From assembly GCA_963575745.1 (NCBI GenBank), contig CAUYUJ010000287.1, positions 1 to 64,000 of the forward strand: DNA of 64,000 nucleotides, read 5' to 3'. The notes beneath the pieces were generated by a model that ran no database searches, had not been told where the DNA came from, and saw only the letters and a list, made by a program, of their open reading frames with translations. Made by a program: the position numbers and the translations under genes. The stretch comes from Prorocentrum cordatum (Eukaryota). Positions 1 to 27,554 of this stretch are shown one piece after another (position 1 is the stretch's first letter; every line of letters begins with the position of its first letter).

Positions 1-3000
1 GGGGGGGTCGGCACGCGGGTGGTTGTGGAAACGCTGCCCGAGGCCGTCGCCGAGGAGGACCAGAGCAGGCTCGCGACGCTGCAGCCGACGGCCTTCCAGC
101 GCGCATCAGGATCCGTCGTCGTGCGAGGATGGCTGCCGCAGCGGTGGTTGGAGCTTCCAGCTTGACGAGCTACCCTGTCGGCGGGGCAGCGCTGTACCAC
201 GAACGGTTCGGCCTCTTCAGCTCGGGGTGCGTGTTCACCCCAGGTTTCTATGGCGAGACAGTCGTCCCGCACGCCGACGTGGAGGTCCATCTCATCAACG
301 GGCAGGGCGGCCGAGTTGGCGGCGTCGCAGAAAATTGGGTGTACCCTTTGCGGAGTGGTCCGACGGAGGCAGAGGTGTGGGACGCGTTGCGCCGAACTGC
401 AGCTCTTGGTTGCGGGCTCGTCCGTGCTGACGGTTCCCATGCAGATCGTGGCGTCCGCGCTGAAGTGCTCGGGGCTCGCCGCAAGGCCGGTGGCCTTGGC
501 GGATCCGGCTGCCCCCGCCGCCGTGGCCCCAGCAGCGCTTGGCGCTGGCGCGCTGTCACCTGAAGGTGCGGTCCCGCCGGCTGCGGCAGCGGTCTCGCGA
601 GGACCGCCAGCGGCGCAAGCGGGCGGAACGCCTTCGCCCCCGGCCAGGGCGGGCGCGCCAGCAGCCGCCGCGCCACCGACGCGGCCCCTGCAGTGTTGCC
701 AATGGTGAGCGGGGGGGCTGCGCTGGGGTGGCAGCGGGTGGCGACCGAGGACATCGACGACGAAGTGACTTCCGGGGTGAAGATGCTGGTCGGCGTCGCG
801 GGCGGGGTCACCCTGTCGCCCCGCGTTGGCCGCCGCGGGCTGTTCGCGCTGAGCTCGGGCGCCGGTGCGACGGGCGTGCTGCGCGTGGTCTCCGGGGTGG
901 CGTACTTCGCGCAAGAATTCGGGGGCAGCGACGCAAGGGGGCTCGAGTTGCCGTTAGATGCAGGGCATCCGGGAGCTTGAGTTCGCGAGCGGCGTGAGGT
1001 GGCCCAGTTGCGTCGGCGGGACGCAGTGCAGAACTTCGGGGCCCCCGCGCCTCGGACCGCCAAGTGGTGCGCCAGGTGCCAGGTAAAAAATGGCGGGCCC
1101 GTCGCCCATCGTGAGGCGTGGAAGGCGAAGCGCCAGCTGACCACGACCGACTTCTGAGTGGACATCCGCCAGACGGTCTCTGCGTTGCTCAAGTCCATGG
1201 GCGTGTTTGACCATCTGGATGAACTCAATTTTGGCGCAGGAAGTACCGGCTCATCGAGCACTGCTGGGTCGACGGGGGCGCCGAGATGCAGCTGGGCAGC
1301 GCGCGCGTGCCCGCGGAGGAGTCGCGCGCTTTCGGGGGGGGGGGGTCGAGGTCGGCGCCGGTAGCGCGCCCCGAGCTCCTGGAGACGGCGCCGAAGGAGC
1401 TGGGGCGCATTTCCAGCGTCGAGGAGGGCGTGGGGAAGTTCAGGGGGGAGCCGGCGGCCGCGTCCAATCTAGAGAGCGACATTCGGGGTGGGGTGTGCGA
1501 GCTCTCGAGGCGCTCGCCAAGCAGGCGCGCGATTGGCTCCGGCTGGTGCGCGTTGTCTGCCTCCTGCCCCCCCGGGAGGGCGTGTTTTCGAACGGTTTGT
1601 CTAGTCGGTTTCTGGCGCCCCCCCGCGGGGGCGCCGCGTGTGGCCTCGCTGATGCAGTTGGGCCAATCTGCTACTCCACGTCGGATCTGCGTGCTCCTGT
1701 TTTGGCCCACTCGTCGCGGCTTGAGTGGCGCGGGTCGCATTTTGTATGCGCCGTTCCGTTCGACGCGTCAACTCGCGCATTCTGTTTTGCCTGCGTGTTC
1801 CCTTATCCCTTTTTTGCCTTCGGGGCTTCGGGGGCGCGGGCGCCGCGCGCTCCCCGGGCCGTGGTGGCCCCGTGAACGCGGGCCCCGCGTAAATAATTAG
1901 GTGTCGTGTCTCTGGGGGCGCGGGCCCGGCGCGTTCGCCGAGGGGCCGTCGCTCTGGGGGCGGTGATATCTGTGGGCGCGGGGGGGTCGCGGCTTCGGGG
2001 GCTGGGCCGCTGGCGGATGCAGGCCGCGCCAGCGAACCGCCCGAGTCTGTGCGTGCGCATTTCCCTATATGGGTTTCGCCGAGCCCGCGGGGCCTCGGCG
2101 CGACGCGTTTGAGCAACTTGTCTGCGTCTCGGGGTTCGGGCCAGGGCCCCGTCTCAGCTTGCCGCGCACTGCCCTCGTCGGTGGCGGGGGTCTCGGGCCC
2201 CCCGACTGCCTGATCGCCCAGACGCCGACCGCGCCGCGTGTGCGTTGATTGTTGTGCGGCGTGCCACGGTGGGGGTGCCATCCTATATGATTGAATCCCG
2301 TTGGTGGGTTTCAGTGCGTTTCTGTCTTGCCCCAGCACTATCGCGGTCCAACAATAACAGGGCAGCCATTTGTCCTCGCGCCCGCGCAACCGCCGATGAG
2401 CGACGCGCCCGCGTCGCCTCCCGCGTTCTCGTGCTGGGCCCGTGGCCTTGCGAGCGAGGCGGGCTTGAAACTGGCGAGAGTCGTGATCGGTGCATTCCGC
2501 CCCGATGAGCCCGCAGTCGCTGTCCGACGGGGTATGTTTCCGTGCTGTTTCGGGTCGGGAGGTCGGTCTGGGGTTGGGGCGGGCGATGAGACGGTCCTTT
2601 TGAGCTTTGCCGTGGGGCCCCCTCCAAGCCCTCCGCCTTCGAAAATTGTTCCTTCGGCGGTTGGCCCGTCGCGTTCAGCGCGCGCTTGGATACCGATTCG
2701 GTGGGCGCCTACTCCAGTCGGGGCTTGAGGGGGTCGTTTGGAGGCTCATTGGGTGTCTCCAGGGCGCGTCGCGGGGGCCCGGGGTGCTGCTGGGCGCCTC
2801 TCAGGTGGCGGGTGGAGGTCTCGGGTGGTGGGGGGGGTCTCGGGGGGGGGGGCGGCGGCCTGGGCCCTTGCGAATTGCCTTGAGGGTTTCCTATGAGGGC
2901 TTCCTCGGGGGCTTCTGCGGCGCCCCTCTGGGGCTGGGGGCCGCCCGCTGGTGATCTTGGGCCCCTCCGCGCCGTTTTGGACACTAGAGTCGGAGATGAA

Positions 3001-5560
3001 TGAGCAAATCGTATAAGTACGAATCCGGGGATTGTCGCGATTTTGGCTTTGCCAGTCAGCCCTCGGGACTTCCGGAATGGCGCCGGGGCTCGAGGGATTC
3101 CCAGGGCGCCCCCGCGCGGCCGTCCTGGCCATGCGTTTCCAGCCCTCGGCGACGACGTGATGTCGCCCCCGCTCGCGCGCGGAAGCGCGCGGGCAACGCG
3201 CCCTCGTGTGCCGTTTTTCTTTCGCTGGAAGGCCCATCAGCTTGCGCGCGCGGGGCGCGCGCGGGCCTGCCGGGGCGCGGCCGCAGCGCCGCGCTCCTCT
3301 CAGCGGCGTGAAGTCGACGCGAGCTCAGCACCAACCGTGCGAGCTATTGGTGTAGCGCGCGGCCCTTGCGGACTTCCGCTTCCAATTTCGCGGTTTAAAT
3401 CCAGGGGTGGCGTTGGGGTTCCTCTTGGCAAGTCGCGATGCTAGGGGCCGCTTCCGGGGCCTCCTCCATCCGGGGGTGGGCGCGAAGAGGCGCGCGGGGG
3501 AGGTGAGGGCCATGTGCAGCGGTCATATTCCCCCCCTGTCAGTCCCAGCTTGGCGTGGCGCGGTCGCTGGAGCAGGCGGGCGAGGGCCTCGCAGTGTCCG
3601 GCGCCGCCAGGGCAGCGGGGCGCTGCGCGGCGAGCTCGTTCGCGAGCTCGTTGTGGCGCTCAACCAGCTGGGCGCTGGCTCGGGTGACCCCCCGGGTGGG
3701 CCAGGGGGCCGTCGGGGCGCGGCAGCTCTGACGGGGGCGCCCCGCCGAATTCCGCGCGGCGATCGCCGCGCGGAGTTCAGCGGGATGCTGGGGGGCCGCC
3801 TCGGTCGACAAGTCTTCCAGAGGGTCGGCGCAGTCTATGCCGGCGGCGAGCCCGTCGCGGTGGTCTCTTTCGCGCGCGACCTCCTGTCCCTGCCGGCCAC
3901 GGGCGGCGCTCGGGTGCCCCCGTTGAAGCTGCCGGGCCTCGAAGGCCCCGGTCTCGCGCGGAGGTTCACTCCGACGAATGTATTGCCTCTTGAAAGCGCC
4001 GAGATCTCTTAGAAGGATGATAGCTTCCCCCGCCCTTGCCTGGGCCCGGCGCCGCGGCCGCCCGCGGCGCGCCTGGCCTTCGCCGAGAGGGTGGGGGCCG
4101 GGGGCGCGCTGGGGATCACGTTGGACGTAGGCGATTTTGAGAAAAGTCGGTCTGTTCGCATGCTGGAAGAAGGGCGGTCGTCAACGACTGCTGAGGCAGC
4201 GACGTCGGCTTCGCCGGGCCAGGCAATGCCTCTCGCGCCTCAGAGGGCAGCTGCAGTTGCGTCGAGTTTTCTCCGGGTGAGGTGCCGTGGGCCCCCCGCT
4301 TCCTCGCGCCCGTGTCGGCGCGCCTCAAGCTGGGGGCGCCGCGCCGGGGACCTGTTTGGATTCTGGCCCTCCAGCCTGCGGGGGCTCAAGAGGGCGGCCG
4401 AGAGGGCGGGGGTCGACGCTTCGGGGCCCGAGGTCTGCGCGCTCCGCCGCAGCGAGCCCGGCCGCGACCGCGCGCTGCAGCTGCGCGCGCCGCGGGAGAT
4501 CGAGTTTCGAGAGGGGTGGCGCTGTGGCGCTGCCGCCCCAGCGTCAGACTGGATGGAGGGCCGCGTGGGCGGGCAGCTGCAGCGGCGTCGCCCGCCGTCC
4601 GCGCGTGGGCGATCGAAGCGGCGGCCCTGCTGCCGACTTCCCTCGCCAGGCCTTCGTTCGCGCCTTGGCCGGCAGGGGCGCTGGGCTCGTGCGACCGCGG
4701 GTGTTCCGAGGGCGCCTCAGAAGGCATGGGGGCCTCTCCGTCGCCTGCGAGCGCGCGGCTTCATAGTGTCTGAGTGGGATTTTCACCGATGGGGCCCAGT
4801 GGGGCGCCCCATGGCGGCAGGCCCAAAATCTGGTGAGGGGGTGGATTTTGTCTGGGTTGGCTCGGGGTGTCTTTATGGGGGCCCCCTGACAGACCTGAGC
4901 CAGGGCCTGGGGCGGTGGGCCGTCGCGTCTGCGAAGCGATGAGCTTTTGTTGGGTCTGCCCGACGTGACGTATCCGCCTGATCTGAGCGCAGTGTGAATT
5001 GGTAATATTCTTGCCGCTTTCAGTTGCAGTGTTTTTGAAGTACTGCATCTCCTCCAGATTCCTGTAGCGCAGGGAATGTCGGCACGATCAAGTGCCTGGC
5101 TTCTACCTCGCTTTCGGAAGGTGGTGGCCTGGGGCGCGTGTGAGCTAATAGCTAGTATATACAGGCATGTGTCAGCTGGGTGCCCCTGGGAAGACGCCCA
5201 TCCACTTCCTTGGCGACCGTATTTATTTCCCGTCTTTTGCTTCTCGGCGCCATGGCACAAACTATTCCTTGCCAGGGACAGAGCAGTCCTCTATCCACGT
5301 CCTAGCTGCCGGAGGAGGCTTCAAGAAAGAAGCTGCCCAGGAGTGCCCCCGCGCTCTGTGCCAGGCTCGTTGGTCTCTGTGTTGATATCGCTCACGGTCG
5401 TGCCGAATATGTGTCTCTTCGTTTGGCCTTCTAGAGAAACGGTGAATGGCTTAAGTTTGATCTTTGAGATGACCAATTCAAGCTTGGCAATATGCATATT
5501 TTGGGCCCTCGTCTCGCATTCGGATCCTTGCAGGCTCACCGGCTTAACATCCAGCCCAAC
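1..5560 (+). mobile_element. Highly degenerate retroelement relic, possibly DIRS/tyrosine-recombinase type
   Basis: GC-rich coding-like sequence broken by many stops and frameshifts. Peptides such as PRTAKWCARCQVKNGGPVAHREAWK...MGVFDHLDELN (~1050-1230), ELVVALNQLG...YAGGEP...LLSLP (3640-3900) and PLPW...LYPRPS (5200-5310) resemble from memory the gag-like, pre-RT and integrase segments of dinoflagellate YR elements. No intact catalytic motif is visible. Confidence 0.3.
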
Positions 5561-5596
5561 TGCCTGTGCTGGTGCACCCTTCGCTGACTATTGATC

Positions 5597-5930
5597 GGGC
5601 ACCATGTGCCCTGGACAAGTTACCACTTGGCTTCGGCAGCGGCGGCGGCAGGCCTGCCCACTACTTCATCGTTGACTGCCGAACGCCAGTGCCCGAGGGG
5701 CCGCATCTGTTGCATTCTGATGCCGTTTCAGTTTTTTCTCGCGCGCCCAGCGCTCCCACGTTCGCGCGTATTTTTGTGTTTTCGTCCCGGACTCAGATCT
5801 TATCCTGTTGAGCAGCTCAGCTTCCTGTCCGCTTGCCTGTGCCAGTGCGTCCTTTGCTGAAGTTTGGTCGGGCACCACGTACCCCGGAAAAATTGTCATC
5901 TGGCCTCGGCGGCGGCCGCGGCAGGCCTCC
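5597..5930. repeat. Two diverged ~65-bp direct repeats
   Basis: gggcaccatgtgccc...cggcggcaggcct (~5597-5655) and gggcaccacgtaccc...cgcggcaggcct (~5870-5930). Confidence 0.6.
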
Positions 5931-6072
5931 TCCTCCTCCTCCTCCTCCTCCTGCCTCGTCCTCCTCTTCCTCCTCCTCCTCCTCCTCATCCCCCTCCCTT
6001 TAGCCCCTCGTCATCCCCCCGCGGACGCGCGCGGGAGGGGGCTGGCGGCGAAGGCGTCGTCGTCGTCGCCGC

Positions 6073-6108
<36 letters not shown>

Positions 6109-7569
6109 TGGCGGCGGCGGCGGCGGCGGCGGCGGCCTGGCGCGCTGCTTAGTAGAATAGTGTCATTTGCTGCAACATAAGCGGTGCCAGAAGCGAATGG
6201 GCACTTCGCGAGAACAGTATGCATATTCCGAATCTGTAGGTCTTCCCTGAGTGTGCAGCGGGGCTACGGGCTGCGGGCTAGGGGTTAGGGGGCTAGGGAA
6301 AGAGACGTGTCAGGTCAGAGTCCTTGAAATTGCAGAGCAGGGCTCTGGCTTTGCAGGAAACTGTGACCGTACGTCGGGGGCCCCACATCGGGGTGGTGAC
6401 CACACCGTGTGGTGTGTCGGTTGGGATTCGGGGTCACCGCACGGTTTTGGGACTAGGACGTCTCGGGCGATTGGGGCATCCGAGGTCCCAAAACCGTGCG
6501 TTGACGGACCGTGCAGTGAGGTCTTGCGGGATTTCGAGGTCACCGCACGGTCTGTCACCGCACCGTTTCGGGACTCCAAAGTACGGGCTGTCCTGACTCC
6601 GTTTCGCATTGCACCGGGGTTATTTTCAGCCGAACTGGCCACGGACTCCGTCGTGGTGGTGGTGGTGGTTGTCGTCGTCGTCCTCCTGCTCCATCTCCTC
6701 CTCCTCCTCCTCTTCCTCATCCTCATCCTCATCATCAGCACGCAGCCACCTGGAGTGCGAATGTCAATCAAGTCCCTCCTCCTCTTCTTCCTCCACCTCC
6801 TCTTCCTCCTCTTTCTCTCCCTCCTCCTCCTCCTCCTCCTCGTCTTCGTTCTCCTCGTGCTCTTCCTCTTCCTCGTACTCATCCTCATCATGAGCACGCC
6901 GCCATTTGGAGTGTGAATGTCAATCAAGTCCCTCTTCCTCCTCCTCTTCCTTCTGTTCCTCCTCCTCCTCCTCCGGCTCTTCCTCTTCCTCATCCTCATC
7001 ATCAGCTTTCTCCTCCTCTTCCTCTTCCTCGTACTCATCCTCATCATGAGCACGCCGCCACCTGGAGTGTGAATGTCAATCAAGTCACTCCTCCTCCTCC
7101 CCCCTTCCTCCTCTTCCTCTTCCTCCTCATTTTCCTTCTCCTCCTCCCCCTCCGCTTCCTCCTTCTCCTCCCCCGCCTCCTGTCCTGCTGCTACTTCTCC
7201 TCTCCCTGCGACGTGCGCGGGGTGTGGGGAAGCACCCGCCAGGCGCCGGCGACGAGGCCGCCAGTGGGAGGGGTCTCCGTGTTCCCGCCGCTGGTGCTGG
7301 AGGCCGTCCACAGAAGGGGAGGAGTCTCCTCGTCGTCGTCGTTGTCGTCGTTTTCGTCGTCGTCGTCGTCGTCATCCGCCCCCTCGTCGTCGTCGTCGTC
7401 CTCCTCCGATTCGTACCTTTCATTGTCCTCTTCCTCCTCTTTGCTCCTCCTCCTCTTTCCTCCTCCTCCTCCACATCCTCCTCGCCAGATCTCTTCCTCC
7501 TCCTCGTCCTCCTCTTCGTTCACGTCTTCGTTGTCCTCGTTGTCGTCGTCGTCGTCGTCCTCCGCCTCC

Positions 7570-7570
<1 letters not shown>
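5925..7570. repeat. (CCT)n/(GTC)n low-complexity region with three copies of a ~40-bp motif
   Basis: agcacgccgccacctggagtgtgaatgtcaatcaagtc-like motif at ~6736, ~6893 and ~7048, separated by (CCT)-rich tracts. Confidence 0.85.
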
Positions 7571-21960
<14,390 letters not shown>

Positions 21961-22804
21961 ACGGGGTGACGACGGCGCAGCGACGAGGCGACGACAACGA
22001 ACACGGAACCGCCAGACAGACACCCAGGCCCAGACCACGGGCGGCGATGAGGCTGCGACGGTGTTGCGACGGCGAGCGCGGAGCCGCCAGACAGACATTC
22101 AGGCCAGTTTTAACAAGATAGGTAAGAAGCAGACGCAGTTTTGGGACATCGGGTAATAATTCGAGGCTTCCTCAACTGATGCCGCAGCCCCTGCACTTGC
22201 GTTATAGGAGTCAAAGGGGGCGGGGTGTTGTCGGCAATTTGCGAGGCGAGGTTAGAAGGCACCTGTGAGGAGTCCTCCGCAGTCGCCATTCGTTGGCTTT
22301 ACTCAAGGGGCTTACACTGGTTCGTCGACCCCCAAGCGAAATGAGGAGCCCATGAAAGTTTCCAGGGAGAGGTATGAGCTAGAATGTCGTACAGGACGGC
22401 ATGGGCTGCAGCCATGTTGGGCCGAGATTTGTTTGCAAGGGGACGTGCGGCGTGGTGTTCACGTGGCAGGAAGACATATGGACCCAACGGACAGACAAAC
22501 CAGTTGTGCCAGGGGAAGTGGATGTGTGCAAGGACTGCGTAAAAAATGGGTTCGCAGCGAACTCTTGGGACCGTCGTGTGGGCCTCTACTCTGGGGGCCC
22601 AGAAGGAGCGCCGGTCAGTTCGGACAGCCCTCCTCCCGTCAAAATCAATTTTGCACCCTGGGGCAGGGGCAGAGGGAGAGTGGGGCAGCCAAATATTTCA
22701 CACGCCTCCCCGCCCCTGGCAGACGGGGGCTGCCGGACACATTGCACAGCGAACCCGCCGCAGGCGCCGACTTTTGGGCCAGAGCAATGTGAGAATGTTG
22801 TGGG

Positions 22805-22865
22805 TCGAGCAGTGGCGAAGCGTCCTGGTTTGCCTGTAGGCCCACCAAAGAATGTTCTAAGAACC
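22805..22865 (+). repeat. Left imperfect inverted repeat (pairs with 37571-37631)
   Basis: tcgagcagtggcgaagcgtcctggtttgcctgtaggcccaccaaagaatgttctaagaacc versus the reverse complement of the right end, tcgagcagggaccgaccgtcccggcattcctataggcctaccacgaggtgtttttcgaacc: 42/61 identities, with the outer 8 bp perfect. Confidence 0.7.
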
Positions 22866-22929
22866 TTTTGTGGTCTGCACGAAATGTTCTCAGAACATTT
22901 CTGGCTGAGACTGACTTGTTCTGACTTGT

Positions 22930-23900
22930 TTGAATAACACCCCCATCCCACGGCAGACGACCTGGGACGATCTATGTCGACAGCATTGTCTCGACGACCT
23001 CCGCCGCGCTCTTGCGGTCGCTCGCAACTCTCTTCTGCCCTCTTTCCTGATCTGGAACGTTCGATACCTACGTAGCACTCTAGCGCATAAGAACCAAGCC
23101 AAGCTGGCCACCATCACCAAAGCGTCCGCCCACAGACGCATAGCCCTACTGCAGGAAACGCACTGGTCCGACCACGACGTCGGCGTGTGGACGACCATCT
23201 TCCCTGCAAGACGCGTTGTGGCGTCCCCTGCCTACCTCGGGCTGGGCGGTGGGTGGTCAGGTGGGGTCGCCATCATGTTCTCTCACGAGTACGAGCTTAT
23301 CGACTCCACCGTCCTGGTCCTTGGATGCGCTATTTCAGCCACTATACGCAAGCAGAACGATACACTCCGGGTCGTGTCAGTCTACCTTCCGCCGGATCGA
23401 CGCTCCGACGTCCTGGTCGCCCTAGCGGACGCTTTGGCTGAGCCGACCGATATCCATCCGTGTTGGGGGGGAGACATCAACATGGAATGGCAAGGCCCAC
23501 GGGACGGCGAGATTGAGGACGTTGCCGCGTGGGTCTCCATGTTGCACAGACACGCCTCACACCCTGCACCCGCCGACGGCCCCACCCGCATCGGCGCCAG
23601 CGGCGAGTCTCAAATCGTCACTTTCGCCTGCCCGGCCACAGTGGCGGGGTCGTACCGCATCTCCAAGGCTTGGAAAACATCCCTCTCCGACCGCGCCCTG
23701 ATCTACGCCGACCCGTCCACACTTCCTGCAGTCAGGAGAAGCGACGTTCTTACACCTGGGGCATACAAGGCACTCCCCGGAGAGGCACATGACGACCTAC
23801 GGCGATGCTACAACATCCTGGAAATGATGTTCCAAGTGCCACAGGTGGATCTGACATGCTTCGTCCAACCCAGCGACTGGACCCAGCCGGCCCCCCCCTG
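22930..23900 (+). pseudogene. APE-type (EEP family) endonuclease domain of non-LTR retrotransposon pol
   Basis: Motifs in canonical order in ORF 22930-24036: IWNVRYL, IALLQETHW, SGGVAIMF, VVSVYLPP, WGGDINM, PTRIG and a decayed SDR (for SDH). Confidence 0.9.
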
Positions 23901-24559
23901 GTCGTCTCCCAGACGAGCACCCAGCCGACGACAGACACGACCTGGACCACGAGGACGACAGCGGCGACGATCCCGTCCCGATTGTCACGGACAGAGCCCC
24001 GCCCCAGCTGGACGCTCTGGCCGAGCACGGGCGTGACGCCCTCACCGCCATGATCACCTCCTGGTGGAAATACTGGGTCAGACGACGTCTGGTCCCCATG
24101 ATGGGCGTGCAGCTGCGAAGAGCCGCAACCAGCACCACAACGTTCAGACCGGCTGGGCCCCTGGCGGCATGGTTGACGAGTGCAGGATGGAGTGGCGGCG
24201 ATCTGACCCCTGACGAGGCGGCAGTCTGGGAAACCAGATGGCGCGCGGATCAGGCCCAGCGACGGGCAGCCCAACTCACCCCATGGCAACGCGGCGCTGG
24301 CGTCGAAAGGGCCCAGCTTGCACCACGCTACCGAATAGGCAGTGAAATCTTCAAGAAGTCACACTCCTTAAGAGGAGTGCGAGGTCCTGACGACTGCTGG
24401 CACGACACAGCCCCTAGCCTAGCATGGAAGAGGTTCTGTGGAACAGCAGAACAGGCATCTGGCAGTCGGTGCCACCTGCCGCCAGCTTGCACGCGCCTCC
24501 AGGATTCCTATTTCGCGGGCGGACGCACTACCCAACTACCCGACCTCCCAGCGCCGCAA

Positions 24560-25800
24560 TGGGGGCGACTAGCTGCCCTTGTCCTGAACCCCGCAGGGAA
24601 CGCACCTGGCATCGACGGAGAACCGTGCGAGGTCTACCACCCGGGCGCCAGGTTCGTAGCCTGCCTACTGGCGCAGGCCTGGCATGCCGCCCACCAGGAC
24701 CCAAGACGCCTCGAGCAGGTTCTTGGCCCATCCGTTGACCTGCTGGTGTGGGTACTCGAGATCCCAGACGCCGAGCGCCCCAACGACCTACGCCCTCTTC
24801 AGCTACCCACTTGCATGCGGCCCCTATTCGGCGCGTCCCTGGCCGACCTACTCGGGCTCCTGGTTGAGCCACAACTCGCGCAGGACCAGGCCGCCAAGAG
24901 AGGGGGGCAGCGTGGACCTAACATTACTGCGGCCACCGACCACCTTGGCAAGACACCCACCCTCAATCCTCCCCCAGGCGCTGCCTGGCACCATTTTTGG
25001 GGAAACGACGGCCCGTTGGTAGACGCCTACATCTGAGAAGCTGTGGCCGGGGCCCCTCCGTCCACAGCGACGGCGGCCTTATTTGCCGACCAAAGCAAGC
25101 GTTCGAAAGACTGTCTCTACAAAGGTTAGAGGAGCTGCTGCGGCGTTGGCGTCTACCAGCATGGCTTAAGCACGCCCTCGTGGTCCTCGTCGAGTACAGA
25201 GACGTACAGACGTGCAGAGGCGCCTACGCCGGACCCAGGAGACATCTACCCCGCTCCATCGGCATGGGAGGCACCGCCTCTCCCATTCTATGGTGCATGG
25301 CATACGACCCAATCATTGAGGCGACCGCGGCCGCCACTGGGGACCGGTGCCCTGCGTGCGTGGGCGACCTAGCTGCGCTCCTAACCACCGCCGAGCAGGC
25401 CCTACGCACCGCCATCCTGCTTCCGTGGGCCTCGCACATGGCTGGGCTCTGTGTTGGCGTGCGCGCCTGTCGAGGGCTCGTGCTACCAGCAGCGCCAAAC
25501 AATTTGCGCCGGGCGTGCGCGTCCCTCCCCGTGCACATCAAACTGCATTCCAGCGGAGCACCAGTGGTAATAGGCCTAATCCCTGAACTGACGAGGCGGA
25601 TCCTCACCTGCGAACTCGGCCCCGGTGGCGCTCGGGGCGCTTGGACCTGGCAGCAGGGGCGCGTGCACGTTCAAGACCGCCCTTGTCCCAGCCGCCAACC
25701 AGGCCTTAGTGGAAACGCATCGTGACGCATTCCCAATTCGGGTCGTTATGCGTCAGGTTACAGTGGCCATACCTGGGAGCTACAGTCGTCTCGCGTGCGG
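24560..25800 (+). pseudogene. Non-LTR reverse transcriptase domain, frameshifted and catalytically decayed
   Basis: APGIDG, DLRPLQL, KQAFERLS, SIGMGGTASPILWCMAYDP, CVGDLA (at the YxDD position) and WPYLGATV appear in order across ORFs 24050, 24997 and 25722. Confidence 0.85.
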
Positions 25801-26819
25801 TAGCAGACGCAGCGCCCCCACGAGGAACTATGACGCCAGCACAGGTGGACGCTATGATCACTGGCACCTGTGGGAAGGCCATGGGCAAGGTGCGGACCAG
25901 GACTCTCGCGCTCTACGACGCGCGCGCCTCGCCTGGGCGGCGAGCGGCGGCGTGGAACGTGCGCATGGCCTCCCTGATCCCTTGCCCTGCCCATTACGTT
26001 CCCCCACCCCCAGCGCTCGAGAGGTCCATGAAATCCCAGTTGCGCCTCGCAGTCGGGCTTGCAGGCACCTATTGGGTACCTGACCGCATCCTCACCGGCC
26101 TGGGCTTCCTGTATCAGATAGCGGGTTGCCCCAGGTGCCCCGTTGCCCTGGCCCGCGGCATCTCGGCATCGGCGCGCGCGCGGGGCGGCGCGTGGGGGCC
26201 CGCGCCTGCCGAGCGACGCTCTCTGAGCGGGTGGAAATGGCAACCAGCAACGACGCGCCGCCTGCCCGACTCAGGAGGGGAGCCAAACTTCTCGCATTGC
26301 CCAAGGCCGCCAGTATCATCTCCATGCGCGCTACCCAGCCGGACCTACCAATGGGGCCGTCTCCTGGACCGCGCGCTCTACGCAGCCGCCTGGGCCCAGC
26401 AATGCGGCGCCGCGGCCAACGACTGGTTCGCGGAGGTCAGCCGCCGACGCAGGTGGGCGCCCGGACACGAATGGGATGGGATATCCTTGCCCGGGCCGCA
26501 GACTTCACCGCCGCCCACCACATTCTCACGTTTCTCGCCAACGGTCTCCCAGGGGACGCAAGATGGCGAAGCGCCCAGGGCCGATTCCCCCACCAGTGTA
26601 ATGCATGTCAATGCGAGGCCGACCGCGTCTGGCACACCGCCTCTTCTCAATACCGGGGCGTCGCCTGGTGTAATCGCTGCCTGAGACGCTGGGCAGGCCC
26701 CCAGGCCAAGTGGCCCCTGCCGCCGCAGCACGCCCAACCAGAACGCCTCCACGCCCTTGCAGCCAACGCCCGCAGCGCATGCGGACCGTCCCGAGCAGTG
26801 CCCGGTCCCGAGCCTAGCC

Positions 26820-26890
26820 CATGCGGTGGCTGCCCCCTGTGTGGCACGGGGGAGGCCGGCAGCGAGCACCTATGGGCCTGGTGCTCAGCT
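26820..26890 (+). other. zf-RVT-type zinc knuckle downstream of RT
   Basis: GCPLCGTGEAGSEHLWAWC matches the CxxC-x8-H-x4-C pattern. Confidence 0.8.
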
Positions 26891-27554
26891 GTTGCGCTGG
26901 CCTGGCTACTGGCGTGCCCTGAAGGCGCACCGGACCTCCTTCCCTGCGCCGTCCTCATTTCTGGCGACCGTGCACGGGCACTCGCTGTCATCCTACATCA
27001 GGTCTCCTACAGGTACCGCGTCGCGCTTGGCAGGCCCCCCCTGGACGCGGACACTGCTGCGCAGCTCATGCGCGCCGGCATGGTGGTCGACCGTTCGTGC
27101 GAGGCCCCCGCGGAGGACGACGCGGACATCTCCATGCCAGGCGCTGACGCAGACAGCGTCTGGACGCGCCCTGACAACGCCTGCCTCGGGTGTATGCCAC
27201 GCGGCCTACCATGCTCTCTGCGTGGTTCCACCACCCTGCGCGGCGCACGGCTGGCCGACCGAGCGGGCGGCGACCGTGGGACATCGGCGGCTGCCACGGG
27301 CACAATCCTGCCCGGCCAGCACCTCCTACACCTCCGGACCACCCATGCGGCCTCAGGGTGGCTGCTGGCAGGGCCGGGATGGCTCCCCTGTCCACGCGTC
27401 ACCGAAGACAGCCCCACTGCCCACTGGACAGGCGCCTTGTGCAGGACGTGCGCAACGCATTGCCTCATACTCGTTTCCACCCAGCCCTTGACGCACGGGC
27501 AGGAGGTCACTGTCAGCGACTCCCCCATCCCGGATCAGGACCGCGCCCAGTGGC

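Noticed and set aside
3000..3170. Kinase-like words DFGFAS, GTSGMAP and DVMS
   Set aside because: They lie in different frames, the spacing is too short and no other kinase motifs are present; probably chance.
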